Assembly: GCF_044704955.1 (NCBI RefSeq)
Contig: NC_091977.1
Coordinates: forward strand, 223,014,001-223,078,000
Length of the DNA stretch: 64,000 bases
Origin: Pristiophorus japonicus
Taxonomy: Eukaryota
Direction: 5' to 3'
Shown: positions 1 to 11,039 of the stretch, piece after piece
Layout of the letters: each line of letters starts with the position of its first letter
Position numbering within the stretch: the first letter of the stretch is position 1
Notes under the pieces: generated by a model
Told to the model about the DNA's origin: nothing
Database searches by the model: none
The model's input: the letters and a program-made list of their open reading frames with translations, nothing else
Translations under genes and position numbers: made by a program

Positions 1-307
1 AATGGCAGCTTGAAAGATTACTTAATTTAAGGGAAGAAGTGGATTAGAAATAACATTAAATCTCGCAAACATCTGTTGATAAACAAATATTAAACTTGAT
101 CAAAGTAATAATTATTGTGCATGTTGTACAGAGGATCCTTGCAACCTGGCTGGTGCAGAGAACCTTTCACATCAAGTGACAAGACTGGGAACCAGCCCAG
201 ACTGATGAGATGAAACTCTTCCTTTCACTCTTCTGTTTTATTTGGTTTATGCTGATTGAGGTCAGAATTCAAATTTTGGCTTGTCTCAACATCTGACAAA
301 ACTCTTC

Positions 308-1160
308 TTTTATTATTCATTCTGGGAGTGGGCGTCACTGACGAAGCCAGTATTTATTGCCCATTCCTAATTGTCTTTGAGAAGGTGGAAGTGAGCAGTC
401 TTCTTGAAGCGCTGTTAAGGAGGGAGTTCCAGGATTTTGATCCAGTGACGATGAGGGAACGGTGATATATTTCCAAATCAGGATGGTGTGTAACTTGGAG
501 GGGAACTCGCAGGTGATGATATTCCCATGCACCTGCTGCCTTTGTTCTTCTGGGTGGTAGAGGTCGCTGGTTTGGGCAATGCTGCTGAAGAACCCTTGGT
601 GAATTGCTGCCCTGCATCTGGTATATGGTACATCCATTGTGCATTGGTGATGGAGAGAGTGAATGTTGAAGGTGGTGGATGGGGTGCCAATCAAGCAGAC
701 TGCTTTGTCCTGGATGGTGTCTAATTTCTTGAGTGTTGTTGGAGCTGCACTCATCCAGGCAAGTGGAGAGTATTCCATCACACTCCTGACTTGTGCTTTG
801 TAGATGGGGAGTCAAGAGGTGAAACACTCGCCACAGAATACCCAGCTTGTGACCTGCTCTTGTAGCCACAATATATTTGGGGCTGGTCCAATTAAGTTTT
901 TGGTCAATGTTGATGGTGGGGAATTCAGTGATTGTAATACTGTTGAATGTCAAGGGGAGGTGGTTAGACTCTCGCTTGTTGGAGATAGTCATTGCCTGGC
1001 ACTTGTGGGGCGCGAATGTTACTTGCTACTTATCTGCTCAAGCCTGAATGTCATCCAGGTCTTGCTGCATAAAGGAATGGACTGCTTCATTATATGAGGA
1101 GCTGCGAATGGAACTGAACACTGTGCAGTCATCAGCAAACATCCCCATTCTGACCTCATG
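308..1160 (-). mobile_element. Non-LTR retrotransposon 3' fragment (CR1/L2-group, a family distinct from the ATAGAAAC-tailed CR1s)
   Basis: Minus-strand frames give decayed RT C-terminal peptides (IDQKLNWTS...ATRAGHKLGILWRV; MEYSPLAWMSAAPTTLKKLDTIQDKAVCLI). The same sequence recurs at 32975, 50869 and 53378. Confidence 0.8.
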
Positions 1161-1254
1161 GCACAACCTTGCTCAAGCTATTGACACCTTCCCACTCATC
1201 CCCACCACACAGCAATGTAATCCCCTGCGAGAGGCAAAAAAAACACACCTCCTG

Positions 1255-1325
1255 CATCCCCACCTAAGTCCCTTCACTGCTGAAACCCTTATATGCGCCT
1301 TTGACATCTCCAGAATTGATGGTGG
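1255..1325 (+). mobile_element. L2 LINE RT fragment
   Basis: Translates as HLSPFTAETLICAFDISRID, resembling the L2 motif LS..AETLIHAFVTSRLDY. Confidence 0.5.
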
Positions 1326-1504
1326 TTTTTGTTAGAACTGAACACTGTGCAATCATTAGCAGAGGTAAACGTTTACAGGTGATAGGTCAACCCAAACAAT
1401 ATCTTCATTGTTGTCCGTAGATCTGGGATGCCATGCGCAACTTACTAAAAATGCATGTCTCAAATTGGTATAATAGAATGCACATTTTAAACATTTTATT
1501 TAGT

Positions 1505-1670
1505 CATTACAACATTGCTGTTTGTGGGAGCTTACGGTGTACAAATTGGCTGTTGCATTTCCTACATTACAACAGTGACTACACTTCAAAAGTGCTTCAT
1601 TCGCTGTACCGTGCTTTGGGATGTCCTGAGGATGTGAAAGGCACTATATAAATTCAAGTCTTTCTTTGTT
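1505..1670 (+). mobile_element. Deu-domain SINE (SacSINE1/AmnSINE1-like), 3' part
   Basis: cattgctgtttgtgggagc...aaattggctg...acaacagtgactacacttcaaaag...aaaggcactatataaattcaagtctttc; repeated many times in the window. Confidence 0.85.
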
Positions 1671-1725
1671 CTTTATTTAAAGGGACAGTTCCATCCCTGG
1701 AGTGAGGAGCCATGCTCATAGGGAC

Positions 1726-2965
1726 TGTAAGTGGTTTTGTTCTTGGTAGTTTTGAATCACCCCCCTTACTATAGTTCTAGACACCAGAATTATAGTCATG
1801 AAGAGTAATACACAGTCATAGACAGATCTTTTCGGTCTCAACCATCACAATGCTTTTATTCAAGTTAAAGCACACATCTGCACCCAGTAAAAACACACCC
1901 TGGTAGTGTAAAACAAACAAACACAGTACAACACACAGTCTAAACAGGCCCCTAACGCAAAGTACCCACGTCTAAAACACCCCAGCTCAGATTCAGAAGT
2001 ACCACCGGATCTGTTCAAAGGATTTGTGTGTACACTTATGATCCTTGCAAAAAACTCCTCACTAAAACCCCGAAGGCTTGGTTGGGATACACGACACCCT
2101 TTCACACTATGCAGTGGTCTTAAAGATATGTGGACTGGGATAAATGCTCACCAATTATCCCTCTGGCTTACTCGCTGCTTCTCCTGATGAGGTGTATCTT
2201 CTGTGGTATTCAAGTCGAGTCTCAAGGTCAGCTTCTCAGTTGAAATAGCGAGGCTCTCTTTGCTTATAGATGGTGTTTCTTCTCCCCGCCCCAGACGGTG
2301 TTCAGTCCTTGTGCGTTGAACGAAGCAAGTAGGCGTAGAAGAGGGGAAAGAGACAGAAAGTGATGGTTGCCAACCACCATCTCTTATACCTGCAAGATGC
2401 TTCTTCTCGTGCCAAAAGTTCAACTGTTTTCCCTGAGGTTGCGAAACTGAAAAGCAATATCAAGTCCTTGGCCTGTTCCTTTGTCAACTGGGCTGTACCT
2501 CGATGTGTGGCTCTGATGAGTCTGTGGTCGAATAGCTTTCCTTTGTCTTTCGATGGCCTGAACACGGGCCACTTTACTTAATGTCTCACTGATTGCAAGA
2601 CAAAGGGCCTGTCCATCAACTATTCCTGCCATTGATTCCTTGTCCACCTGATGTGTATTCCCGTGGGGCATGTATGGACCTGTCCCAAGTCAGTGCTGTC
2701 TTCTCTCTGCAGTAACAGAAAATGTGTCCAAGCAATGTCCAAAAGTCCAAAAGTTTACGCCAATGTTTTCGCCGAATTCTTACAGGACCGTGGTCAGAGA
2801 TAGGGTTATAGCACCAATTCTCTGGCCGATGCTTTCTACAATTGCAGATCCCTGCTGGGATCTGAGGATTGTTGCATTATGTCTTGTTGTGCTGGACAAA
2901 GAGAGCCATGAAAGATGTCACCTTGGCATCCAATATATACCACTCAACCACACAGGTCTCCCACA
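1726..2965 (-). mobile_element. Solo LTR (~1240 bp), ERV- or Gypsy-derived
   Basis: On the minus strand it begins TGTGGGAG and ends CACTTACA; TATA-like TATAAG at 2383-2388; AATAAA at 1855-1860 about 130 nt from the end. Flanks gggac/atgac are only a 3/5 TSD match. Confidence 0.6.
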
Positions 2966-3188
2966 ATGACCCCTGAGAATATGAGGAATCCTGCAACTTC
3001 TGCGAATCCTAGAGCCCCAGCTCACTGCTTCTCGACGTCTGATCGGAAAGTAACAAAATTTTTTCCATCATTTACCCCACAGCAGCACTGAGCACAAGGA
3101 TCACACATAGCTTGGGCAGTGGAGGCTGGCATCAGAAACCCCGTGCAATTGATTGCAGAGCGGTCGATTGCAGAGGCCTTAGTGCCAA

Positions 3189-3770
3189 AATCATAGAATC
3201 ATATAGCACAGAAGGAGGCCACTCAGCCCATTGTGCCTGTACCGGTTCTTTGAAAGAGTTCTCCAATTAGTCCCACTCCTTCGCTCTTTCCCCTTAGTCC
3301 TGCAATTGTTTCCTTTTCAAATATGCATCCAATTCCCTTTGAAAAGTTACTATTGAATCTGCTTCCACCACCCTTTCAGGCAACGCATTCCAGATTACAG
3401 CAACTTGCTGTGTAAAAAAACTGTCTCCTCATCTCCCCTCTTGTTTTTTTGCAAATTACTTTAAATCTGTGTCCTCTGGTTACCGAACCTTCTGCCACTG
3501 GAAATAGTTTCTCCTTATTTACTCTATTAAACCCCATTCATAATTTTGAACACCTCTATTAAATCTTCCCTGAACCTTCTCTGCTCTAAGGAGAACAATC
3601 CCAACTTCTCCAGTCTCTCCACAGAACCCTCATCCCTGATACCAGTCTAGTAAATCCACCTCTGCACCCTCACCAAGGCCTTGACATCCTTCCTAAAACG
3701 TGGTGCCCAAAACTGGACAAAATACTCCAGCTGAGGCCTGACCAGTGATTTATAAAGGGTTAGCAAAAAT
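3189..3770 (-). mobile_element. CR1 LINE 3' fragment
   Basis: atcatagaatcatatag tail, CR1 3' UTR (gaaggaggccactcagccc) and decayed RT C-terminus. Confidence 0.85.
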
Positions 3771-4169
3771 TGTGTGTTTTTTAAAATTCAAAGTTGTACT
3801 GGTAGCTCATGGCCACCACCAAGACTGTGCCTGACATTAACCCCTCTCCTGGCCCACTCCATAATAGAGCCCAGCAAAAGCCTGAGGAAGTTACACTGTA
3901 CCAGAGGTGCACCCCAATGCCGCTAAAGTAGAAAACAAGGGCCAGTGACTCAAGGGTACACTTCCCTGGGAAATCATCCCAAGATTCCCATCTCTGATCA
4001 CTAGACAGAATGCTCCTTGCTGCAAGTACTGAGGTCACTGTTGATGGCAGAGTCAGAACTTACATAATTACCATTGAGCAAGATACCAGAGAGGTGGAAA
4101 TAAATCCCCCAAATAAGTCAGATTTTCAAGAGGAGAAGAGTAAGAGGAGCAAGTTGGGAAAAAATAATA

Positions 4170-6692
4170 ATGAGACGATATGGCTTATGGGGGTTACACT
4201 GTCAAACAGATATTAGGGCTGACTTTACCTCCTCCCCCCCCCCTCCGCTATCAAGACAAAGTGCCCCAAAGTTGGCCTCAGCTCACTTACTGCCCTACTT
4301 ACAATGGTGTTTGTGTTGTCGTGTTGGGCTGGGTCTTGAGACGGGCAGCTGTAGTGTCTGCCTATTCAGGCTGATCACAAGATACAATACAAAATTATCC
4401 GTCTGTGCATTTATCTTACAGGAAATAGTGAAGCTCGTTTCAAGTGATACTTACAGTGCTGGTGGTGTATCAAAAAAAGGAGCTTGAGTTAATTGGCTGT
4501 GATCCTAATTTAATCAGCTCGTGCGTTTTTTAAGTACACGAGCTATAAACATTTAGCGCCTAGTTAAGAGAAAAATGTGACTCCCCTTAAACATTGCCTG
4601 AGGAAACATTAATGCCAAGTCTTCTCTTTAATTGACTGGTGCCCTGTCAGTGTACAGATTACTGACACTCAATCAGTCACCCCAATAATCTTTGCAATGC
4701 ATGACAAAGAAATGCATGTTTGTTATCTTTTATCCGCTATCATCTGCCTGCCAATGGAATAATTCGGGCTTCAAATCACAGGGGTGCCTGTCACTCGAAC
4801 CAGCTAGTCACAGTAGAGAAGGAGTCTGGTCAATTCGGGCCTGGGCAATGAGATGGAGTACTTGCAATTATGCTGCATTCCCTGTTTGGGGTAGAGGGGG
4901 TGAGGAAAGGGTAGCCACATCCTCTTCTCATGCCTGCTAATGGAATGGCAGGAAGGTTGGAGCAGTATTGTGTGCTACAAGATGTCCAAAGCTTCGCTTA
5001 CCTATTGATGCTTTAACATACAAGGAATCGTCATTCTGTTGTAGAGAAAAAAAAGTTGCTACAGTTGCAGCAATCTTTCAAAGCTATAAACTATGCTATA
5101 GGCAATATAACCTATTGGAGTTCACGCTTAAAAAAAACACTGATATTTCCTGAAATGCTTTTACTGCCTCCAGCTGAAATTGTTCAGAAACTGAACTTGC
5201 TGAACTAAACTGCAACATACCAGATGTTGCAAGTTAACTTCAGAAATGTCAATAAGTTCCTATTCGATGGAATTTTTCTCATTGTGTGTAATTCACCAGG
5301 CATTTCGTTTAGAGAACAAGGCAACAACCTCTTCTAATAGCAGGTGCTGTCACCACAAGCACTGATGCTGTCATTCAGCGCTTGGCTTAGCTTTTAATAA
5401 GGCTACCTGCAATATTACTCCACTCTAAAGCAGAGAAGGTCTAAAAATTGTCTGCCAGTAATGATTCTTAATCACATTACAGCAATGCTTAGTGGCAGAA
5501 TGGGAAGACAATGCGCAGTTCGAGCACATTCCACCAACAGGATGCAGTTTGAACTCATGCATGTGTTTTGCAAGTCAAGGGTGCAAAGAAATATGTCAAT
5601 AAAACTCAACCCAACATTATCAAATGCTTGTTTCGTGTATCTCGCTAGAAAAAGGAATCACAAAGTAATAGAAAGAGACTGGAAGAGTCAATAAAGCTCA
5701 TTCTTGAACTTTAACGCATTAAAGTAACGCATCAGCACTTGTGGTGAGAGCACCTGTTATTAGAAGAGGTCGTTGTCTCATTCTCTAAACAAAATGCCTG
5801 GTGAGTTGCACAGAGCAATGTGTAAATTCCACTGGATAATAATTTATTGCAAATTCTGGAGGGCAACTTGCAACATCTGGTATGTTGCAGTTTAGTTCAC
5901 TAAAGTTCAGTTTCTGTGTCCTGGCCAATATTTATCCCTCAATCAACATCACTAAATAGATTACCTGGTCATTATCACATTGCTGTTTGTGGGAGCTTGC
6001 TGTGCGCAAATTGGCTGCCGCGTTTCCTAAATTAAAACGGCGACCACACTTCGAAAGTACTTCATTGGCTGTAAAGGCTTTGGGACATCCTGAGATCATG
6101 AAAGCCACTGTATAAAGGGGGTCTATCTATATTAATAGACAAACAATGCTTTGGCTATCTTGTGGCACACAAACATCTGTCACCCTCCTCCCTTATTGAG
6201 TGTCAGTAATCAGCACACTGACAGGGCACCAGCCAATTGCAGCAAAGGCTTGGTAGTAATGTTTCCTTCGGCAATATTAATGGCAAGTCACACTTTTCTC
6301 TCTAACTCAGCGGTAAACGCTTGCAACTCATGCAATTAAAAACCACGTGAGCTGATTCTGAAAGAGCACAGCCAATTAATTCGAGCCCCATTTTTTGATA
6401 CACCACTGGCACTGTAAGTGTCACTTGAAACGAGTTTCACTAATGTCTGTGACATAAACGTACAGATGGATAATTTTGTATTGTCTCTTGTAGTCAGCCT
6501 GAACCGGAGGACACTTCAATCGCCCGTCTCACGACCCTGCCCAACACGACTACCTAAGTGCCATTGTTAGTGAACGGTAAGTGACCTGATGCCATTTTGG
6601 GGCCAGTACTGCCCTGTTAACGGAAGGGGAGGGTGGTAAAATCAGCCCTAATATCTCTTGACAGTGTAACCCCCATAAACCATATTGTTTCT
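4170..6692. repeat. Large degenerate inverted repeat (foldback) with three arm pairs
   Basis: 4170-4672 pairs with 6195-6692, 4950-5009 with 6131-6190, and 5185-5375 with 5717-5916; about 80% identity by eye with few indels. Confidence 0.92.
5917..6120 (+). mobile_element. Deu-domain SINE fragment interrupting the right foldback arm
   Basis: tgtcctggccaatatttatccctcaatcaacatcactaaa...gcttgctgtgcgcaaattggctgccgcg core and tail. Confidence 0.85.
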
Positions 6693-6734
6693 CTTCTGCT
6701 ATGGCTCCACCATATGTCCTCTCTTCCTGCTTTC

Positions 6735-7115
6735 AAAAAGAAAGACTTGCATTTATACAGCGCCTTTCGACGTCCCAAAATATTTTACAGCCAATGAAGT
6801 GTAGTCACTGTTGCAATAGAGGATATGCAGCAGTCAATTTGCATACAGCAAGCTTCCACAGACAGCAATGTGATAATGACCAGATAATTTGCTTTTAGTG
6901 GCACTGGACACCGGGAATAACTTCTCTGCTCTTCTTCAAAATAGTGCCATGAGATCTCGTATGTCCACCTGAGAAGCACTTGGTTTAACGTCTGATCCCA
7001 AAGACATGCAGCACTCCCTCAGCATTGCACTGGAGTGTCAGCTAGATTTTGTTCTCAAGTCGCTGGAATGGGACTTGAACTCACCATCTTCTGACTCAGA
7101 GACGAGAGAGTGCTA
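6735..7115 (-). mobile_element. Deu-domain SINE, near full length
   Basis: Reverse complement of tail (aaagacttgcatttata), core and tRNA-like head with B-box (gttcaagtccc) near 7070-7082. Confidence 0.85.
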
Positions 7116-7127
7116 CACTCCAGACAA

Positions 7128-7490
7128 TAATTGACAGGGTAGATGCTGAAAGGTTATTTCCCCTGGCTGGAGTGTCTAGAACTAGGGGGCATAGTCTCAG
7201 GATAAGGGATGGACCATTTAAGACAGAGATGAGGAGGAATTGCTTCATTCAGAGGGTTGTGGATCTTTGGAATTCTCTTCCACAGAGGGCTGTGGATGCT
7301 GAGTCTCTGAATATATTCAAGCCTGAGATGGATAGATTTTTGGGGTCTAGGGGAATCAAGGGATATGGAGATTGGGCGGGAAAGTGGAGTTGAAGTCGAT
7401 GATCAGCTATGATCTTATTGAATGGCGGAGCAGGCTCGAGGGTCCATATGGCCTACTCCTGCTCCTATTTCTTAAGTTCTTATGTTCATA
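7128..7490 (+). mobile_element. CR1 LINE 3' fragment
   Basis: ORF 7172-7393 SRTRGHSLRIR..FKTEMRRN..QRVVDLWNSLPQ; ttcttatg tail. Confidence 0.9.
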
Positions 7491-7789
7491 ATAAAAGTCT
7501 ATGAAATACTTTTTAAAATCTGATATTTTGCCCTGCCCCTTCATTCCTATCCACATATTTTCACCATTCTCACTCAGTGTGCTATTCATTCTCATAAGCA
7601 CCAATACCTTTTAATCCCACTGCCCCATCCATCAAAAGGAATCCATGTTTCCATGGGCTGAGTTCTTGTACTCCATTTTGTAAATTAGTGACGATGGAGG
7701 AGACCCCACTTTAACTTAAATATTTAAAAAAACATATAATATAGACAGAAATTCCTTATTTATTACAGCAGGCTCTCTTTATGTGTAAT

Positions 7790-8706
7790 GCCAGCCGAGA
7801 CTCAATGGATAGCTTTGAGTCAGAAGCTCGTGTGTTCAAGTCCCACTCCAGAAACCTGTGCACGAAATCCAGGCTATTGCTCGCTATGCAGTGTTGAGCG
7901 AGTGCTGCACTGTCGGAGGTATCATATTTCAGATGAGACCTTGGACGTCTGCTCTCTCAAGTAGACAAAAAACATCCCATGGTACTATTCGAAGAAAAGC
8001 AGGCGAGTTCTTCCTTGGTGTCATGGCCAGTATTGATCCCTCCACCAACATAAAGAAAGGAAAGACTTGCATTCATATAGCGCCTTTCGCAACCACCGGA
8101 CATCCCAAAGCACCTTACAGCCAATGAAGTATATTTTGAAGTGTAGTCACTGTTGTAATGTCGGAAACACAGCAGCCAATTTTGCGCACAGCAAGGTCCC
8201 ACGCACAGCAAAGTGATAATGACCAGATAATCTGTTTTTAGTGATATTGGTTGAAGGATAAATATTGGCTGGCACAACAGGAATAACTCCCCTGCTCTTC
8301 TTCACAAATAGTGCCATGGAATCTTTTACATCCACATGAGAGAGCAAATGGGTCATCAGTTTAACATCTCATCTGAAAGATGGCACCTCTGAGTGCAGCA
8401 CTCCCTCGGTACTGCACTGGAGTATCTATCTAGATCTTTGTGCTCAAGTCTCTCAAGTGGGACTTGAACCCATGACCTTCAGACTCAGATGTGAGAGTGC
8501 GACCAACTGAGCCACAGCTGACACCAATGAAACATCACTAAATCTGGTCATTATCTCATTGGCGTTTGGGGGGTCTTATTGTGTGTAAATTGGTTGCTGC
8601 ATTTCTTACATTGCAACAGTGACGACACTTCAAAAGTGCCTCATTGGCTGTGAAGCCCTAAGTTTGTGAATGGTGCTATAGAAATGCAAGTCTTCCTTTT
8701 TCTTTT
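7790..8706. mobile_element. Cluster of three DeuSINE pieces: 7790-8050 (+, head), 8052-8524 (-, full length), 8540-8706 (+, tail)
   Basis: Head with gttcaagtcccactccag B-box; the minus copy runs tail to head; the arrangement fits a minus copy inserted into a plus copy. Confidence 0.8.
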
Positions 8707-8748
8707 CACCTACAGAAAATTCCCACATTACAACAGTGACTATATTTC

Positions 8749-9188
8749 ATAAAAACATAAGAAATATGAGCAGGAGTAGGCTGTTTGGCCCCTCGAGCCT
8801 GCTCCGCCATTTAATACGATCATGGCTGATCCGATCATGGACTCAGGTCCACTTCCCTGCCCGCTCCCCATAACCCCTTATTCCCTTATCGGTTAAGAAA
8901 CTGTCTATCTCTGTATTAAATTTATTCAATGACCCAGCTTCCACATCTCTCTGAGGCAACGAATTCCATAGATTCACAACCCTCTGAGAGAAGAAATCCC
9001 TCCTCATCTCAGTTTTAAATGTGCGGCCTCTTATTCTAAGATTATGCCCCCTAGTTCTAGTCTCCCCTATCAGTGGAAACATCCTCTCTGCATCCACCTT
9101 GTCAAACCCCCTCATAATCTTATACGTTTTGATAAGATCACCACTCATTCTTTTGAATTCCAATAAATGGAAGCCCAACCTACTCAAG
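8749..9188 (-). mobile_element. CR1 LINE 3' end (continues at 13920-14722)
   Basis: aacataagaaat tail; ORF 8843-9187 RT C-terminus; breaks at cccaacctactcaa and resumes at cctttcctcataag (13922). Confidence 0.9.
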
Positions 9189-9958
9189 AGTGTAGCGGCA
9201 GGTCAGAGTGCAAAGGTAAGAGTTTGGTAATTGGGAGAACTTTAAGGGTTAATCCCTTTTAAACCATTTCAAGGTTGGTGTAAATTACTAGTGACAATTT
9301 CTAGTAGCTTCTAAAGTTAAAATAAGATTGCAAGTTTAAGTAAAACTGCAATATTAAATAGATAGGATTCTTGTAGGTTTAAGCAGAGACAAACAAGCAA
9401 GCTAGCTTAGTTAATTGGACAGCTAGTAAAAACTGGTCCCTAAACAGGCCAGTGGTGAGTCAGCCAGGAACAGTATAAAAAGAGGGGGCTTGGTGCAGTC
9501 TGGCTCGGAGTGCAGAGGCAGGTCAGAGTGCAAAGATAAGAATTTGATAAGTGGGAGAGTTCGAGCAAGTGGGAGCGGGAGGTGTTGCTTTGTCTTGTTT
9601 TCCCCACCAGTGCTGACTCCCCGACCTGGGAGGAAAAGAAAACAAAGTGTGACATCACAGCAAGAGGTTCGGGGATGTCGGAGCGGCCTATAAAGGCCCA
9701 GTGGCAGTCGAGAGGCGGCGGCAGTCGGAGAGGCGGGAGTTCGGGGACGTCGGAGCGGCCTATAAAGGCCAGCTGGTGCAGCTGCAGCAGGAAGAGAAGG
9801 CAAAAAAGAAGTAGAAAGAAATCGAAAGGTGACGTCACAGCCAAGGGGGTCAGTGATTGGCTGGTGATTGGTGAGTAGGTTTTTCTTTTTTTTTACTTTA
9901 TCAGTAAGTAACCTTTAGCATTATTATTGCCAAATTAAGTTAATCTAGGGGTTACGTC

Positions 9959-10880
9959 ATGGCAGGAGAACTCGGACACACCTTATGCTCCTCCTGTACT
10001 ATGTGGGAAGTCAGGGACGCTTCCAGTGTCCCTGACGACTACATATGCGGGAAGTGTATCTAACTGCAGCTCCTGACAGATCACATTGCGGCACTGGAGC
10101 TGCGGATGGATTCACTCTGGAGCATCCACGATGCTGAGAATGACGTGAATAGCACGTTTAGTGAGTTGGTCTTACCGCAGGTAAAGGTTACGCAGCCAGA
10201 TAGGGGATGGGTGACCAACAGGAAGAGCAGTGGAAGGAAGATTGTGCAGGGGTCCCCTGCGGTCATCCCCCTGCAAAACAGATACATCGCTTTGGGTACT
10301 GTTGAGGTGATGACTCATCAGGAGAGGGAGCAGCAGCCAAATCCATGGCACTGTGGGTGGCTCTGCTGCACAGGAGGGCAGGAAAAAGAATGGGAGAGCT
10401 ATAGTGATAGGGGATTCTACTGTAAGGGGAATAGATAGACGTTTCTGCGGCTGCAACCGAGACTCCAGGATAGTATGTTGCCTTCCTGGTGCAAGGGCCA
10501 AGGATGTCTCGGAGCGGGTGCACGACATTTTGAAGGGGGAGGGTAAACAGCCAGTTGTCATGGTGCATATAGGTACCAATGATATAGGTAAAAAGCGTGA
10601 CGAGGTCCTACAAGATGAATTTAGAGAGCTAGGAGCTGAATTAAAAAGTAGGACCTCAAAACATGCTAGTCAGAGTAGGAAGCACAGGATAGCTCAGATG
10701 AATACGTGGCTTGAGGAGTGGTGCAGAAGGGAGGGATTCAAATTCCTGGGATATTGGAATCGGTTCTGGGGAAGGTGGGACCAGTACAAACCGGACTGTC
10801 TGCACCTGGGCAGGACCGGAATAAATGTCCAAGGGGGAGTGTTTGCTAGTGCTATTGGGGAGGGGTTAAACTCATATGTC
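9959..10880 (+). pseudogene. CR1 ORF1: CxxC/CxxC zinc finger, leucine zipper and SGNH esterase domain (disrupted)
   Basis: ATG 9959; CSSCTMWE...YICGKC; IVIGDSTVRG, VCCLPGARAKDV, VHIGTNDIG, DCLHL motifs; stops and frameshifts. Confidence 0.88.
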
Positions 10881-11039
10881 AGGGGGATGGGAACCTACGC
10901 AGGGAGACAGAGAGAAGTAGAATGCGGGCAGAAGCAAAAGATAGAAAGAAGAAAAGTAAAAGTGGAGGGCAGAGGAACCCAAGGCAAAAAGCAAAAAGGG
11001 CCACATTACAGCAAAATCCTAAAGGGGCAAAGGGTGTTA

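Noticed and set aside
198-220. ctgatgagatgaaactc, resembling a hammerhead core
   Set aside because: Only 3 nt between CTGATGA and GAAA, so no stem II, and no convincing stems I or III.
3809-4490. Protein-like frames in and before the left foldback arm, with some third-position differences between arms
   Set aside because: Frames shift, both arms share stop codons, and the codon bias does not hold in one frame; not supportable as coding.
4170-6692. Viroid/HDV/Obelisk-like rod RNA insertion
   Set aside because: No ribozyme or long ORF, and mismatches show no G-U strand bias; ordinary inverted duplication is simpler.
7060-7115. tRNA-like A/B boxes (also 7790, 8460, 40320, 56320)
   Set aside because: These are SINE heads without a complete cloverleaf, not tRNA genes.
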